Origin: Candidatus Moranbacteria bacterium RIFCSPHIGHO2_01_FULL_55_24
GTDB lineage: Bacteria; Patescibacteriota; Minisyncoccia; Moranbacterales; UBA1568
DNA: 64,000 nt
Assembly (NCBI GenBank): GCA_001786575.1
Contig: MFRW01000011.1
Span: forward strand, 22,201-86,200
Direction of reading: 5' to 3'
Positions 14,979-25,067 of the stretch are shown here, one piece after another; the first letter of the stretch is position 1; every line of letters begins with the position of its first letter. The position numbers and the translations under genes were made by a program. The notes under the pieces are model-generated. The model was not told where the DNA came from, did no database searches, and saw only the letters and a program-made list of their open reading frames with translations.

Positions 14979-16130
14979 TTAGCCTGCTGAATTATTTTCC
15001 AAGGCGAGAACGGCCTTGATCTTTTCCTGGAAGGCCTGCTTCGAGAAGCGCTCGGCAGCCCTGCGGACGAGAGTCCGGTCAAAGGATGATTCCGAAGCGA
15101 TGAAGCGTGCGAGAGCGGCGGCAAAGACTTCCGGTGTCTGGGATTCGACGAAGAGGCCGGTTTTCTTGTCCTCGATGATCTCGCGGATACCGCCGTAGTC
15201 ATAGGCGATCACCGGAACACCGAACGAGAGCGCTTCGACGGCCACCATGCCGAAATCCTCTTCCGAAGGGAGGATGAGCGCCCGGGCTTTCTGATAGAGC
15301 GCCGCCAGAGCTGCGTCATCCGCCTTCCCTGCGAAACGCACCGTCTTACCCGCGGCTTTCCGCAGGTGCTTCGCTTCCGGCCCGCTCCCGACGACCACGA
15401 GCGGCACTCCCAGCTTGTTCGCTGCATCAATCACGACATCCGCCTTCTTGGAAGCGGTCAGGCGCGCCACCATGAGGAAGTGTTCGCGCTTCCCGGCGTC
15501 GCTTGCAGAAATGTCCGGAAAACGTTCGGCCAAGTCGAGCGCCGGCGGATAGATGACTTCGCTTTCCCGGCGGTAGTACTTGCGGACCCGTTCAGCTGTG
15601 AAAAAGGAATTAGAAAGAAGGATATCCGGCCGGTCTGCCGCCTGCACATCCCAGACCCGGAGGTAGCTCATGAAGAGCCTCACCAGGAAACGGAAGAGGC
15701 CGGACGGGCGCGCTTCGCGGAGATACGCCTCGTGGTAGTCCCACGCGTAGCGCATCGGAGAATGAAGATAGGCGATGTGCCAGGTGTGGAGCCGCGTCAC
15801 GACGCCTTTGCTCCAGGCGCCGGAAGAAGACAGGATGACATCGTATTCCCGAAGATCGAACGTCTCGACCGCCACCGGAAAGAACGGCAAGAGCAGGCGA
15901 TAGCGCCTCCGGAGAAATCCCGGCAACTTCTGAAGCCAGGAAGTCCGGATTGTAGCCCCAGGCACTACGCGCTCCGTAACCGCAGGATCTGCCAAGAGCG
16001 TATAGATGGGTGCCTCCGGGTAGAGCTCATGGAGCGCCGCAAGTACGCGCTCGGCTCCCCCGAAACTGACAAGAAAATCATGCACGAGTGCGATCCTCCT
16101 ATCCCCTTTCTTTCCCTGATGCTGTTCCAT
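14979..16130 (-). CDS. glycosyltransferase family 4 (GT-B fold)
   Basis: C-terminal EDFGMVAVEALSFGVPVIAYDYGGIREII motif (E-x7-E GT4 signature). Confidence 0.85.
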   Translation of the reverse strand: MEQHQGKKGDRRIALVHDFLVSFGGAERVLAALHELYPEAPIYTLLADPAVTERVVPGATIRTSWLQKLPGFLRRRYRLLLPFFPVAVETFDLREYDVILSSSGAWSKGVVTRLHTWHIAYLHSPMRYAWDYHEAYLREARPSGLFRFLVRLFMSYLRVWDVQAADRPDILLSNSFFTAERVRKYYRRESEVIYPPALDLAERFPDISASDAGKREHFLMVARLTASKKADVVIDAANKLGVPLVVVGSGPEAKHLRKAAGKTVRFAGKADDAALAALYQKARALILPSEEDFGMVAVEALSFGVPVIAYDYGGIREIIEDKKTGLFVESQTPEVFAAALARFIASESSFDRTLVRRAAERFSKQAFQEKIKAVLALENNSAG

Positions 16131-16137
16131 ATCGGAT

Positions 16138-17262
16138 CTACTTTGCGATATTGAAAAACTCTGCGATCCTCGCGCTGCACTTTTCCCAACTGAAACGCTC
16201 TACATTTCTCATCCCTTTACCGATTATATCATTCCTCACTCCCTCGTTCGTGAGCACCAGCTGGATGCCCTCGGCAATGCTCTCTTGCCTATCCGGGTCG
16301 ACATACACCGCTCCCTCGCCCCCTACCTCCGGGAGAGAAGAAGCTTCCGAAGTGACTACCGGCACCCCGACGCTCTGGGCTTCCAGGACCGGAATGCCGA
16401 ACCCCTCATAGTGGGACGGAAAAACGAAAACATCCGCCTCTTTCAGCAAGGACCACTTCTCTTCCTCGGTAATATAGCCCGGGATGAGGATATCTTGGCG
16501 ATAACGGGAAGCTTCCAGCTTCTTTCGTATGGCTTCCGCCCCATAGCCCCATTTGCCCGCCAGTACTAACCGGTGTGGGATCCGCAATTTGTCTTTCAGG
16601 AGTTCGAACGCTTCGATAATCTTCACAATGTTCTTCCTCTGTTCGAGCCTTCCGATGAAGAGGAGATACGGCCTCTCGACCGCCTGCCGGCTCCCGGTTC
16701 TCGGCGCTTGGCTCTTGGTGACTTCGTATCCCTCGTACACCACGGAAATCTTCTCTTCGGGAATGCCGTACAGGCGCATGATGTCGCGCTTGGTGTTTTC
16801 CGACACCGCGATAATCCTTTCGGCGGCGCGGCAAGAATAGCGGATCGAGGCCCGCATATAGAGACGATCCCAGAACGAATAGGCTTCCGGACAGAATTCA
16901 TATTCCAGTCCGTGTACCGTAACGATCGTATTTTCCGGATGGACGCGCGGCACCGTATGCGCCGGAACGAACAGGACGTCCGGCTCGGAGAGGAGCATCT
17001 CGATCGACAGCCCTACTTGCGTCCAGAAGCGCGGTGCCCAGATACCCTTCACCTTCCAATTAGCCGGCAGGTCAAAATCGATCTCCGGATACAGAAAAAC
17101 GGGTTTCCCCTTCCTTATCCGAAGCTTCTTCCTGACATACAGCCGCACCTCCGCTTCGCGCGGCAATGCCTCGCGCAGATGCTTGATGGTCTGATAAGCG
17201 TATTCTTCTATCCCCGTCCGATAGCGGAGAAACGCCCGCGATGCATCGATACCGATAATCAT
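16138..17262 (-). CDS. glycosyltransferase family 4 (GT-B fold)
   Basis: EGFGIPVLEAQSVGVPVVTSEASSLPEVGG motif. Start placed at MIIGIDASRA; the listed ORF extends to 17355. Confidence 0.85.
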   Translation of the reverse strand: MIIGIDASRAFLRYRTGIEEYAYQTIKHLREALPREAEVRLYVRKKLRIRKGKPVFLYPEIDFDLPANWKVKGIWAPRFWTQVGLSIEMLLSEPDVLFVPAHTVPRVHPENTIVTVHGLEYEFCPEAYSFWDRLYMRASIRYSCRAAERIIAVSENTKRDIMRLYGIPEEKISVVYEGYEVTKSQAPRTGSRQAVERPYLLFIGRLEQRKNIVKIIEAFELLKDKLRIPHRLVLAGKWGYGAEAIRKKLEASRYRQDILIPGYITEEEKWSLLKEADVFVFPSHYEGFGIPVLEAQSVGVPVVTSEASSLPEVGGEGAVYVDPDRQESIAEGIQLVLTNEGVRNDIIGKGMRNVERFSWEKCSARIAEFFNIAK

Positions 17263-17363
17263 ATGTATTTCAACAAACCAGAAGAGGATACCTGATGAAA
17301 ATTTTTGAGGGGTTCGGGCGGCACGAAGATTTCTCAAAATCCAGAGCTGGTACAAATAAAAAA

Positions 17364-18380
17364 CTACTTCGCTGCCATAATCGTCCGCTTGTAGACCTCC
17401 AGATTTTCCAGAACGATTCCGGTCCCTTTCACCACGCAGAAGGCCGGGTCATCCGCCACATAGCACGGCACGTTGATCGTCTTGGCGATGAGCTGGTCCA
17501 GATGGCGGAGCTGGGCCGTTCCGCCCGAAAGCACCATGCCCTTGTCCATGATATCCGCTGCGAGCTCCGGCGGCGTCTCCTGGAGCACCTGCTTGATCAC
17601 GTTGATGATTTCCCGGAGCTCATCTTGGATAGCTTCGGTGATCTCGTTCGAGGAAATAGTGACCGTCTTCGGCAGGCCGCCCATAAGGTCGCGCCCGCGC
17701 ACATCCATATGGTCTTCCTTCACCTGGGCCAGCGCCGAGCCGATCTTCATCTTGATGTCTTCGGCGGTCCGATCGCCGATCGCCAGGCTGTACTTGCGCT
17801 TGATGTAATCCGAAATCGCCTGGTCGATGCGGTTCCCGCCGACGCGCGCGCTATGCGCCGCCACCACGCCGCCGAGCGAGATGATGGCGATCTCCGATGT
17901 GCCGCCGCCGATATTGATGATCATGTTCCCCTGGGCGGTATGGATCGGGATGCCGGCGCCGATCGCAGCGAGAATCGGCTCCTTCACGACATAGGCATTC
18001 TTGGCGCCTGCCTTGAGCGCGGCATCGATGACAGCGCGGCGTTCCGTCGAGGTGATGCCAGCCGGAATCGAGATGACGACTTCCGGGCGGAAGAAGCGCA
18101 CGCGGCCGCCGACGCGGTTCAAGAAATACTTGAGCATGGCCTCGGTGATGCGATAGTCCGCGATCGCGCCGTCACGGAGCGGCTGACGCGCCACGATAGT
18201 GTCCGGCGTCCGGCCGAGCATTTCCTTCGCTTCATTGCCGACCGCGAGCACCTTGTTTTCCAGAAGAGAGATGGCGACTACCGACGGCTCGTTCACCACG
18301 ATGCCTTTCCCCGGAACGAATACCAGCGTATTCGCCGTTCCGAGATCGATTCCGATTTTCCGCAGAAAGACTGGTTTCAT
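17364..18380 (-). CDS. mreB: rod shape-determining protein MreB
   Basis: IGIDLGTANTLVFVPGKGIVVNEPSVVAI and the actin-fold motifs. Confidence 0.95.
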   Translation of the reverse strand: MKPVFLRKIGIDLGTANTLVFVPGKGIVVNEPSVVAISLLENKVLAVGNEAKEMLGRTPDTIVARQPLRDGAIADYRITEAMLKYFLNRVGGRVRFFRPEVVISIPAGITSTERRAVIDAALKAGAKNAYVVKEPILAAIGAGIPIHTAQGNMIINIGGGTSEIAIISLGGVVAAHSARVGGNRIDQAISDYIKRKYSLAIGDRTAEDIKMKIGSALAQVKEDHMDVRGRDLMGGLPKTVTISSNEITEAIQDELREIINVIKQVLQETPPELAADIMDKGMVLSGGTAQLRHLDQLIAKTINVPCYVADDPAFCVVKGTGIVLENLEVYKRTIMAAK

Positions 18381-18396
18381 ATGCTTTCAGTATATA

Positions 18397-19662
18397 TTAT
18401 GCCCGTGTTTTCCGTTCGATGCGCGCCCCGATCTTCTGGAGGCGCTCCTCGATGCGCTCATATCCGCGGTCGACCTGATAGATATCCTCGATGGTCGTCG
18501 TGCCCTTGGCCGCGAGGGCCGCGATAATCAGCGCCACTCCGGCCCGCAGATCATAGCTCTTGATAACCGTCCCCTCGAGCGGAGTTTTCCCGTGGACGAC
18601 CACCTGATGAGGGTTGAGTACGGTGGCCTTGGCGCCCATCTTCTCTAGCTCGGAAACATAGCTGAAGCGCCCTTCGAACAGGGTATCGAAGATGAGCGTC
18701 GAGCCCTTCGCCTGGGTGGCGAGCACGCCGAACGGTGCTTGGATGTCGGTCGGAAGCCCAGGGTACGTCCGTGATTCGACCTTCGGTACGGCCCGGAGAA
18801 CTCGTGCAGGGATAATCGTAATCGCATCCCCTGTGATCCGGAAATCCGTCCCGAATTCGCGAAGCTTTTCCAAAACAAGGTCGAGATGCTCTTCGCGAGC
18901 ATGCTTTACGGTGATCTCGCTCCCGGTAGCGGCGCCCAGGATAAGGAAAGTAGCCGCTTCGTTATGATCAGGGATAATCGTGTGTTCTCCTCCGGAAAGC
19001 TTCCGGCTGCCGGTGATTTCGAGCGTGTGCGACCCGAGTCCCTTGATCTTGGCCCCGAGCTTGATGAGGAAACGGCCGAGATCCTCCACATGCGGCTCGG
19101 CAGCAGCGATCTTGATCACAGTCTTCCCGGGAAGCGCGGCAGCAAGCATCATGGCGTTCTCGGTCGCGGTGACCGAGAGCTCTTTGAGCACCACTTTCCC
19201 CGCATGACGCCTGGAGGCGTCGGCCTGATAGCCTTTCGCAGTTTCTCGGATATCGACTCCGAGCTTCCGGAAAGCATCGACATGCGTATCCACCGGCCGG
19301 GCGCCGATTACGCAGCCTCCTGGCTGGGCCAAGAAGAAAGAGCGGAAACGGGCCGCGAGGGGCCCGAGAAGAAGGATCGAGGAGCGGATCTGCCGCACTG
19401 CCGATGCATCCGCTTTTTTCAGAGAAAGGTTCTTCGCGGTAATCCGGACGCTCTTTTTCCCGACCCACTCCACCTGTGCTCCGAGACTTTCGAGGATTTC
19501 CAGCATGCGGAACACGTCCTCGATAAGAGGAATATTCTTTATGGTACATGGCTCTATGGAGAGAAGCGTCGCAGCGAGAATCGGGGTCGCCGCGTTCTTC
19601 GATCCGCCGACTTCTATGGTCCCAGAAAGGCGTTTTCCGCCGGTAATTTCAAAAACTTCCAT
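18397..19662 (-). CDS. murA: UDP-N-acetylglucosamine 1-carboxyvinyltransferase
   Basis: FEITGGKRLSGTIEVGGSKNAATPILAATLL with the full-length EPSP-synthase fold pattern. Confidence 0.95.
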   Translation of the reverse strand: MEVFEITGGKRLSGTIEVGGSKNAATPILAATLLSIEPCTIKNIPLIEDVFRMLEILESLGAQVEWVGKKSVRITAKNLSLKKADASAVRQIRSSILLLGPLAARFRSFFLAQPGGCVIGARPVDTHVDAFRKLGVDIRETAKGYQADASRRHAGKVVLKELSVTATENAMMLAAALPGKTVIKIAAAEPHVEDLGRFLIKLGAKIKGLGSHTLEITGSRKLSGGEHTIIPDHNEAATFLILGAATGSEITVKHAREEHLDLVLEKLREFGTDFRITGDAITIIPARVLRAVPKVESRTYPGLPTDIQAPFGVLATQAKGSTLIFDTLFEGRFSYVSELEKMGAKATVLNPHQVVVHGKTPLEGTVIKSYDLRAGVALIIAALAAKGTTTIEDIYQVDRGYERIEERLQKIGARIERKTRA

Positions 19663-19689
19663 GGGTAAAGATTGGTTAGTAGCTTAGTC

Positions 19690-19718
19690 AGCATAGCGCA
19701 AATAAAGGCTTCTTTCAA
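19690..19718 (-). promoter_or_regulatory. candidate sigma70-type promoter for murA (TTGAAA-17-TATGCT)
   Basis: Reverse complement of 19713-19718 gives TTGAAA, a 17-bp spacer, then TATGCT (rc of 19690-19695). Confidence 0.4.
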
Positions 19719-19730
19719 GGGTAGAAAAGG

Positions 19731-19774
19731 CTAAAAAAAGCCCCGGAAGCCTCTCGTATGAGAAACTTCCAGGG
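19731..19774 (-). terminator. rho-independent terminator downstream of trxB
   Basis: Minus-strand RNA CCCUGGAAG-(16-nt loop)-CUUCCGGGG (9 bp, one G.U) followed by CUUUUUUUA. Confidence 0.6.
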
Positions 19775-19841
19775 AATTCGAACGGCTTATGCCGAGTTCA
19801 AGCTGTACGGGAAAAAGAGGCGATCCCCCCGGACCTCTCTT

Positions 19842-20762
19842 TCAGGCGGATTTGCGGATATAGTCATAGGCCGAAAGGGCCGCTACTACCCCGTAGCCTG
19901 CGGAAATATTGTTCTGTTTGTAGAGCACATCCGTCGCGTCCCCCGTGGCGAATATGCCAGGCTGCGAAGTGGCAGCGGTCTTCCCGTCGACAATAATCTC
20001 TCCGCGCTCATTCATCTCCACTAATCCCTTGGCGAATTCAGTATTCGGGATCATGCCGATTTCTACGAACACGCCGTCGAGCGGAATCGTCTTTTCCTCA
20101 CCGCTTTCCTTATCCTGGTAGCGGAGTCCGGTCACGATCTGCTCTCCGAGAATCTCTTGGGTCAGGGCCTGATAGATGACGCTCACCTTTTCCGACGCCA
20201 ATACCTTCTCCTGTGTGATCTGATCCCCCTTCAGCTCGCCCGAACGCACGATGAGAACGACTTCCTTGGCATACGGAAGAAGATCTTCTACCGCTTCCAG
20301 ACCGGCATTCCCGCCGCCTACGACCGCGACCTTCTTGTCACGGAAGAACGGGGCATCGCAGGTCGAGCAATAGACGACACCCTTCCCCGCGAACTTCTCT
20401 TCGCCAGGCACATCCAAGTGGCGATGGCGCCCGCCGGACGCGATGATCACCGTCTTCGTTTCATACTCGCCCTTCTCGCTCATGACCCGGTATCCGCCGG
20501 TTGGCAGCTCTTCTATCTTGGTGGCCCGCTCGCCGGTCCGGATCTCTATCCCTTCCTGCGCGCGCAAGTGTTTCTCCAAAGCCTGGGCGAACTCCCAGCC
20601 GGTAATCGATTCTGTCCCGATCCAGTTCTCGATCCCTGCGGATACGGTCGACTGGCTCTGGAAGTTCTCGGTAATGAAAAGCGTCTTCAGCTGCTTCCTC
20701 GCCGCATACACGCCCGCGGCTATTCCTCCCGGTCCGCCTCCGATAATGACCACGTCGTACAT
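19842..20762 (-). CDS. trxB: thioredoxin-disulfide reductase
   Basis: FAD motif VVIIGGGPGGIAAGVYAARK and redox-active CSTCDAPFF. Confidence 0.95.
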   Translation of the reverse strand: MYDVVIIGGGPGGIAAGVYAARKQLKTLFITENFQSQSTVSAGIENWIGTESITGWEFAQALEKHLRAQEGIEIRTGERATKIEELPTGGYRVMSEKGEYETKTVIIASGGRHRHLDVPGEEKFAGKGVVYCSTCDAPFFRDKKVAVVGGGNAGLEAVEDLLPYAKEVVLIVRSGELKGDQITQEKVLASEKVSVIYQALTQEILGEQIVTGLRYQDKESGEEKTIPLDGVFVEIGMIPNTEFAKGLVEMNERGEIIVDGKTAATSQPGIFATGDATDVLYKQNNISAGYGVVAALSAYDYIRKSA

Positions 20763-20905
20763 AGTATTCAGAAATTCAAAAGTTAACAGAATGCCCTTGT
20801 CCAGCGGATGCGAGAGAACGATACGGTCTTTGAAATACTGACTTTCAAAAGCTTCCTCTGCCGCTTTCCTATTTTACCGCCCAAAAGAAAAAGTGTCTAA
20901 AACCC

Positions 20906-22303
20906 CTAAAGAAGGGCTTTGACCTGGTTCCGGAACTGGTCTCCGCGGTCGAATTCGTTTGAGAACACCCCGAAACTGGCCGCTCCGGGAGAGAGCAGCA
21001 CGACATCCCCCGGCGCCTTCGCCGCCTCGGCTTCTGCGAGGGCTTCGGCCATGGAACGCACCACGACATACTTTTCCTGGGCGCCGAGCCGCGCCAGGAT
21101 CTTCTCGAGCTTGTCGGTACCGCCCCCTGCGAAGAGAATCGCTTTCTTCGCTTGCTTCGAAAGAGCGATGGCGAGAGCTTCGAAATCGAGTTCCTTGTCG
21201 CTCCCTCCTCCCACAAAAATGACCGGTGACCCGGCAAACGCCTTGAGTGCCGAAAGAGCCGCTTCAGGTATGGTGGCGGCACTGTCGTTGTAATAGCGCA
21301 CCTGGTCCTTCTCACGCACGAATTCCAGCCGGTGCGGCACGCCGGCAAACGTCTCGACGCCTTCGCGGATCATTTTCGGCTTGAGTCCATAAGCGAGACA
21401 CGCAAGTGCGGCCGCCAAGACATTCCCGCGGTTGTGTTCTCCGGTAAGAGAAATCTTCTCGAGCGGGAACAAAACCTTATCGTGATCGGCTTCTCGCACG
21501 AAGAGGACGTTATTCTCTATCCAAGCGCCGCTCCCAGGGATACTCCCTCCGGCAGAAAACCAGAGCACGGAACCGGGGGCCTCCTCTGCCGCCTCGCGCA
21601 CAGCGGGGTTATCCGCATTCGCGACAAGTATATCCTTCCCCTTTTGAAAACGGAAAATATTCTTCTTGTCCTCCAGATATGCTTCAAGCGTCTTGTAGTA
21701 ATTGAGGTGGTCAGGATAGAAGTTCGTGAAGACGGCGATGTGCGGACTCTTCTTGAGATCCTGAAGCGGCGAGAGTCGCCAAGAGGAAAGCTCGAATACT
21801 ACGACCGCATCGGCTGTCGCCTTGGAAAGCTGGGAAAGTACGCCGACTTGGCTGATCCCGGCGCGCACCACCTTCTTGCCGGCACGCTCCAGGATGTGTG
21901 CGATGAGGGAAGCCGTCGTCGTTTTCCCTTTCGTGCCCGTAACGCCGATGATCGGCGCCGGACAGAAACGGAAGAAGAGGCTCGAATCCATTTCCACGGG
22001 AACCTTGTGCTTCTTCGCCAAGAGAATATATTCGTTCTTCCACGAAATACCGGGATTCTTCACGACCATATCCACCCGGGTGAAATCTTCCGGTCGGTAC
22101 TGGCCTAAGACATACGTGATGTTCTTGTACTTCTTGAGCTTCTCGAGCGATGCCGCAAGTTCGCTCTTTTTCTTGATATCGGTCACGATGATCTCCCGCG
22201 CCCCGGCTTCTGCCAGGAACGCGACCGTGCCTACGCCCCCCATATTGAGGCCCAGGCCGAATACCGTAATACGCTTATTCTTGAGGAAAGACGGATTTTG
22301 CAT
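20906..22303 (-). CDS. murD: UDP-N-acetylmuramoylalanine--D-glutamate ligase
   Basis: N-terminal Rossmann ITVFGLGLNMGGVGTVAFLAEAGA and Mur ligase P-loop GVTGTKGKTTTASL. Confidence 0.9.
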   Translation of the reverse strand: MQNPSFLKNKRITVFGLGLNMGGVGTVAFLAEAGAREIIVTDIKKKSELAASLEKLKKYKNITYVLGQYRPEDFTRVDMVVKNPGISWKNEYILLAKKHKVPVEMDSSLFFRFCPAPIIGVTGTKGKTTTASLIAHILERAGKKVVRAGISQVGVLSQLSKATADAVVVFELSSWRLSPLQDLKKSPHIAVFTNFYPDHLNYYKTLEAYLEDKKNIFRFQKGKDILVANADNPAVREAAEEAPGSVLWFSAGGSIPGSGAWIENNVLFVREADHDKVLFPLEKISLTGEHNRGNVLAAALACLAYGLKPKMIREGVETFAGVPHRLEFVREKDQVRYYNDSAATIPEAALSALKAFAGSPVIFVGGGSDKELDFEALAIALSKQAKKAILFAGGGTDKLEKILARLGAQEKYVVVRSMAEALAEAEAAKAPGDVVLLSPGAASFGVFSNEFDRGDQFRNQVKALL

Positions 22304-22396
22304 AGCAGGGTCTGTGAGAACCGAACATTACAGGAAAATTTCCCTCTTGGCAAGACGAATTTTCGAGAAAAAAGAGGCTGATTTCCAGCTATTTTT

Positions 22397-23989
22397 CTAC
22401 CAGGAGAACCAGCTTTGCTTCGAGCGCAAGACCTTTCCGCTGCGCACTTTTCCGAGCGTACCGTTCTCGAGGGCAAGGATTCCATTGATAGCCAAATGAG
22501 AGATGCCGACGGCATACTGATAGGGGTTTTCCATCGTCGCCAAGTCTTGGATCTTTTCGGGATCGAACACGACGACATCGGCCGCGAATCCCCTTACGAG
22601 TGCGCCGCGCTTCTCCAGACGGAATTTCTTCGCCGGAAGCCCGCTCATCTTGTGGACCGCTTCCTCCCACGAAAGCGCTTTCTTTTCGCGCACGTATTCC
22701 GCGAAGACTTTCGGGAAGGTACCGAAGTTCCGCGGGTGCACCAGATCGCCGGTAGCCTTATGCGCTATCGAATAGCCGGCGCCGTTGCTCGAAATGATCG
22801 AGAACGGGTGCTGGATAGCCCGGAGCACATTCTTCGGCGAGAGCACTTCGAGCGATACGATGGCACGGCCATCGCTGGCAGACAGGAAATCGAGAACAGT
22901 CTCTTCAGGAGACTTCCCTTGGAGCGCCGCGATTTCGGATATGCGGCGGCGCGAAAGCATCTTGCTCAACGTCGATGCGGAGATGAGAATCCGGGAATAG
23001 TCTGTCGGTTTCTTCCGCATGTCCCGGAGCACCGCAGCGCGGACTTGTCCGTCTTTCAGCCGTTCGAGCATCATTTTCCGGCCGTCGCGGGTAATCCATT
23101 CCGGAAGGAGCGTATACAGAACCGAACCGGTAGTCGTGTACGGGTACACATCGAAAGAGACGTCGATACCGTTCAAGGCAGCCGTCTCGATGAGATTGAA
23201 AGCTTCGTCCATGAGGTGCCAGTTCTCTTCCCCGACTGCCTTGAGATGGGAGATGTGAAGCGGAATCTTGGTCTCGCGGGCGATCGTGATCGCCTCTTCG
23301 ACGGCCTTTACCAGACCCGCTTCCTCATCGCGCACGTACGTAGCATAGACGCCATCCCGTTCCGCTACCTCGGAAACGAGCGTCATCAGTTCGCGAGCGC
23401 CGGCATCGCGGGCATGCGTATAGCGGAGGCCGGTAGAGAGCCCTATCCCTCCTTCTTTGAGGCCTATCTTGAGTAGGCGTTCCATGACAGAAATCTCCTC
23501 GGGAGTGATCGTCCGCGTCTCGTCCTTCATCGCCCCGCGGCGGAGCGTGCCATGGCCCACCAGCGTCGCGAAATTCGTCGCTGGGCGGCGGCGCTCGACA
23601 GCGGCCAGGAATTCCTTCATCGAAAGCCAGTTGAAGTTGATCTTCTGGATGTCGGTCCATTTCTGGATGGACCGTATGATGCCCGGCTCGGTCAATGGCG
23701 CGAGCGACGCTCCGGAATTCCCGCCGATGATCGTCGTCACTCCCTGATAGAGGAGACTCTCCAGGCTCGGATTCGCCAAGAGCTGCCAATAGGTGTCCGA
23801 GTGGTTGTTGACATCGACAAATCCGGGAGTCACATACTGCCCTGCCGCATCGATGACTTTCTCCGCCTGGGCATGGCGCAGCTCTCCGATGTCGGCGATT
23901 ACTCCCTCTTTGATAGCCAAATCAGCCCGGTACATCGGCCGGCCGGTGCCATCGATTATGGTGCCGTTCTTGATGAGGATGTCGTACAT
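22397..23989 (-). CDS. N-acyl-D-amino-acid deacylase (D-aminoacylase) family amidohydrolase
   Basis: MYDILIKNGTIIDGTGRPMYRADLAIKEGVIADIG and the VDVNNHSD metal-binding His motif. Confidence 0.8.
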   Translation of the reverse strand: MYDILIKNGTIIDGTGRPMYRADLAIKEGVIADIGELRHAQAEKVIDAAGQYVTPGFVDVNNHSDTYWQLLANPSLESLLYQGVTTIIGGNSGASLAPLTEPGIIRSIQKWTDIQKINFNWLSMKEFLAAVERRRPATNFATLVGHGTLRRGAMKDETRTITPEEISVMERLLKIGLKEGGIGLSTGLRYTHARDAGARELMTLVSEVAERDGVYATYVRDEEAGLVKAVEEAITIARETKIPLHISHLKAVGEENWHLMDEAFNLIETAALNGIDVSFDVYPYTTTGSVLYTLLPEWITRDGRKMMLERLKDGQVRAAVLRDMRKKPTDYSRILISASTLSKMLSRRRISEIAALQGKSPEETVLDFLSASDGRAIVSLEVLSPKNVLRAIQHPFSIISSNGAGYSIAHKATGDLVHPRNFGTFPKVFAEYVREKKALSWEEAVHKMSGLPAKKFRLEKRGALVRGFAADVVVFDPEKIQDLATMENPYQYAVGISHLAINGILALENGTLGKVRSGKVLRSKQSWFSW

Positions 23990-24020
23990 GGGATTTCGGA
24001 AAAGGAAGCGCCGCTCGCGC

Positions 24021-25064
24021 TTACTTTTTCCCGTTCTTGATAATTTTCTCTACCTCCTGCATGAAGGCCTTGTCTTTCTGGAGGATTTTCGGGACGAGGA
24101 GATGCGCATCTGCCGCTTCTTTCAGATCTTTCACCTTCGCGAGCGTGCCCCCCTTCGCGACCTCGAGAATCCGGTCGTATTCGGCCATGTCCGGCGTTGC
24201 GAAGCGCACATTACGGAAATCCTGGGTGGTGCCTGCGAGGACTACCTGCCCCGTACGGGCCTCGGGAAGCATCTCGGCGAGAGCATTGCCGGAATTGCGG
24301 CTGTTCTTCATACTGGCCACTTTGACATTCCACTTCTCGTCATGCTTGAGCGTCTGATCCGCATAGTGCATCGCATAGGCCGGGTCCACTTCGGCCACCT
24401 TGAGCATGAAGGCTTCGTTCATTTTCGCTTCTTTGGGAAGATTCTGCAGGAAGCTGCCAAGCGAATCGTGGTTCGTTTCGAGCTCATGGAGGAAACGGCT
24501 GAACTCGCCGATTTCCTTGGGACTTCCCTGAACGATGGCTTCTTGGCCGAAGCCCGAATCTTCCTTGAAGATGCTTTTGGGCGGCTCTGGAACTTTCGTT
24601 TCTTCGGCTGCCTCCGGCGCTTCTTCGGGAGCTGGCGCTGCCTCCTCCTTCGGCGCCTCTTGGGGTGCTTCTTCTTTTTTCGGAGCTTTCTTCTTTTCCG
24701 GGACAGCCTCTTCCTGCCTCTCCGGCACTTCGCCGCCAAGCGCTTCGAGCTCATCCTCCAGCTTCTTCCGCTGATTGATAAGAGCCAAGAGTTCTTCGTC
24801 TTCTTTGTCCGGCGTAATGTCCTTGTTGAGGGTCCCTATTTCCTGGAGAAGCTTCGCGCGCTTGCCTTCGAGCTCCGCTTTCGCCTCATCTTCGTGCTGT
24901 TTCGCTTCATAGGCTTGGCGCAGCTCATCGAGACGCTTCCGTTCAGCTAAAAACTCGAGTACCTGTTCATCTGACAAGTCCCCGAATTTTGTCTCGCGTA
25001 TCTCTGCTAGACGTTCGTGATGTTTTGTTTCATCTGGTGCATTTCCCATAGGCCCTCCTTCCAA
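24021..25064 (-). CDS. hypothetical protein: coiled-coil N-terminus, KEEAP-type charged low-complexity linker, ~190-aa C-terminal domain
   Basis: ORF with coding-like composition; no recognisable motif. Confidence 0.5.
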   Translation of the reverse strand: MEGGPMGNAPDETKHHERLAEIRETKFGDLSDEQVLEFLAERKRLDELRQAYEAKQHEDEAKAELEGKRAKLLQEIGTLNKDITPDKEDEELLALINQRKKLEDELEALGGEVPERQEEAVPEKKKAPKKEEAPQEAPKEEAAPAPEEAPEAAEETKVPEPPKSIFKEDSGFGQEAIVQGSPKEIGEFSRFLHELETNHDSLGSFLQNLPKEAKMNEAFMLKVAEVDPAYAMHYADQTLKHDEKWNVKVASMKNSRNSGNALAEMLPEARTGQVVLAGTTQDFRNVRFATPDMAEYDRILEVAKGGTLAKVKDLKEAADAHLLVPKILQKDKAFMQEVEKIIKNGKK

Positions 25065-25067
25065 AAA

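Noticed and set aside
17295-18527. 410-aa plus-strand ORF
   Set aside because: Antisense to mreB.
19741-19800. GGAATTCGAACGG resembled a tRNA T-loop (TTCGAA)
   Set aside because: No acceptor, D or anticodon arms can be formed. The sequence is the 3' side of the trxB terminator hairpin region.
22415-24950. Plus-strand ORFs 22415-23476 and 23793-24950
   Set aside because: Antisense to the D-aminoacylase gene and to the 347-aa hypothetical gene; no motifs.
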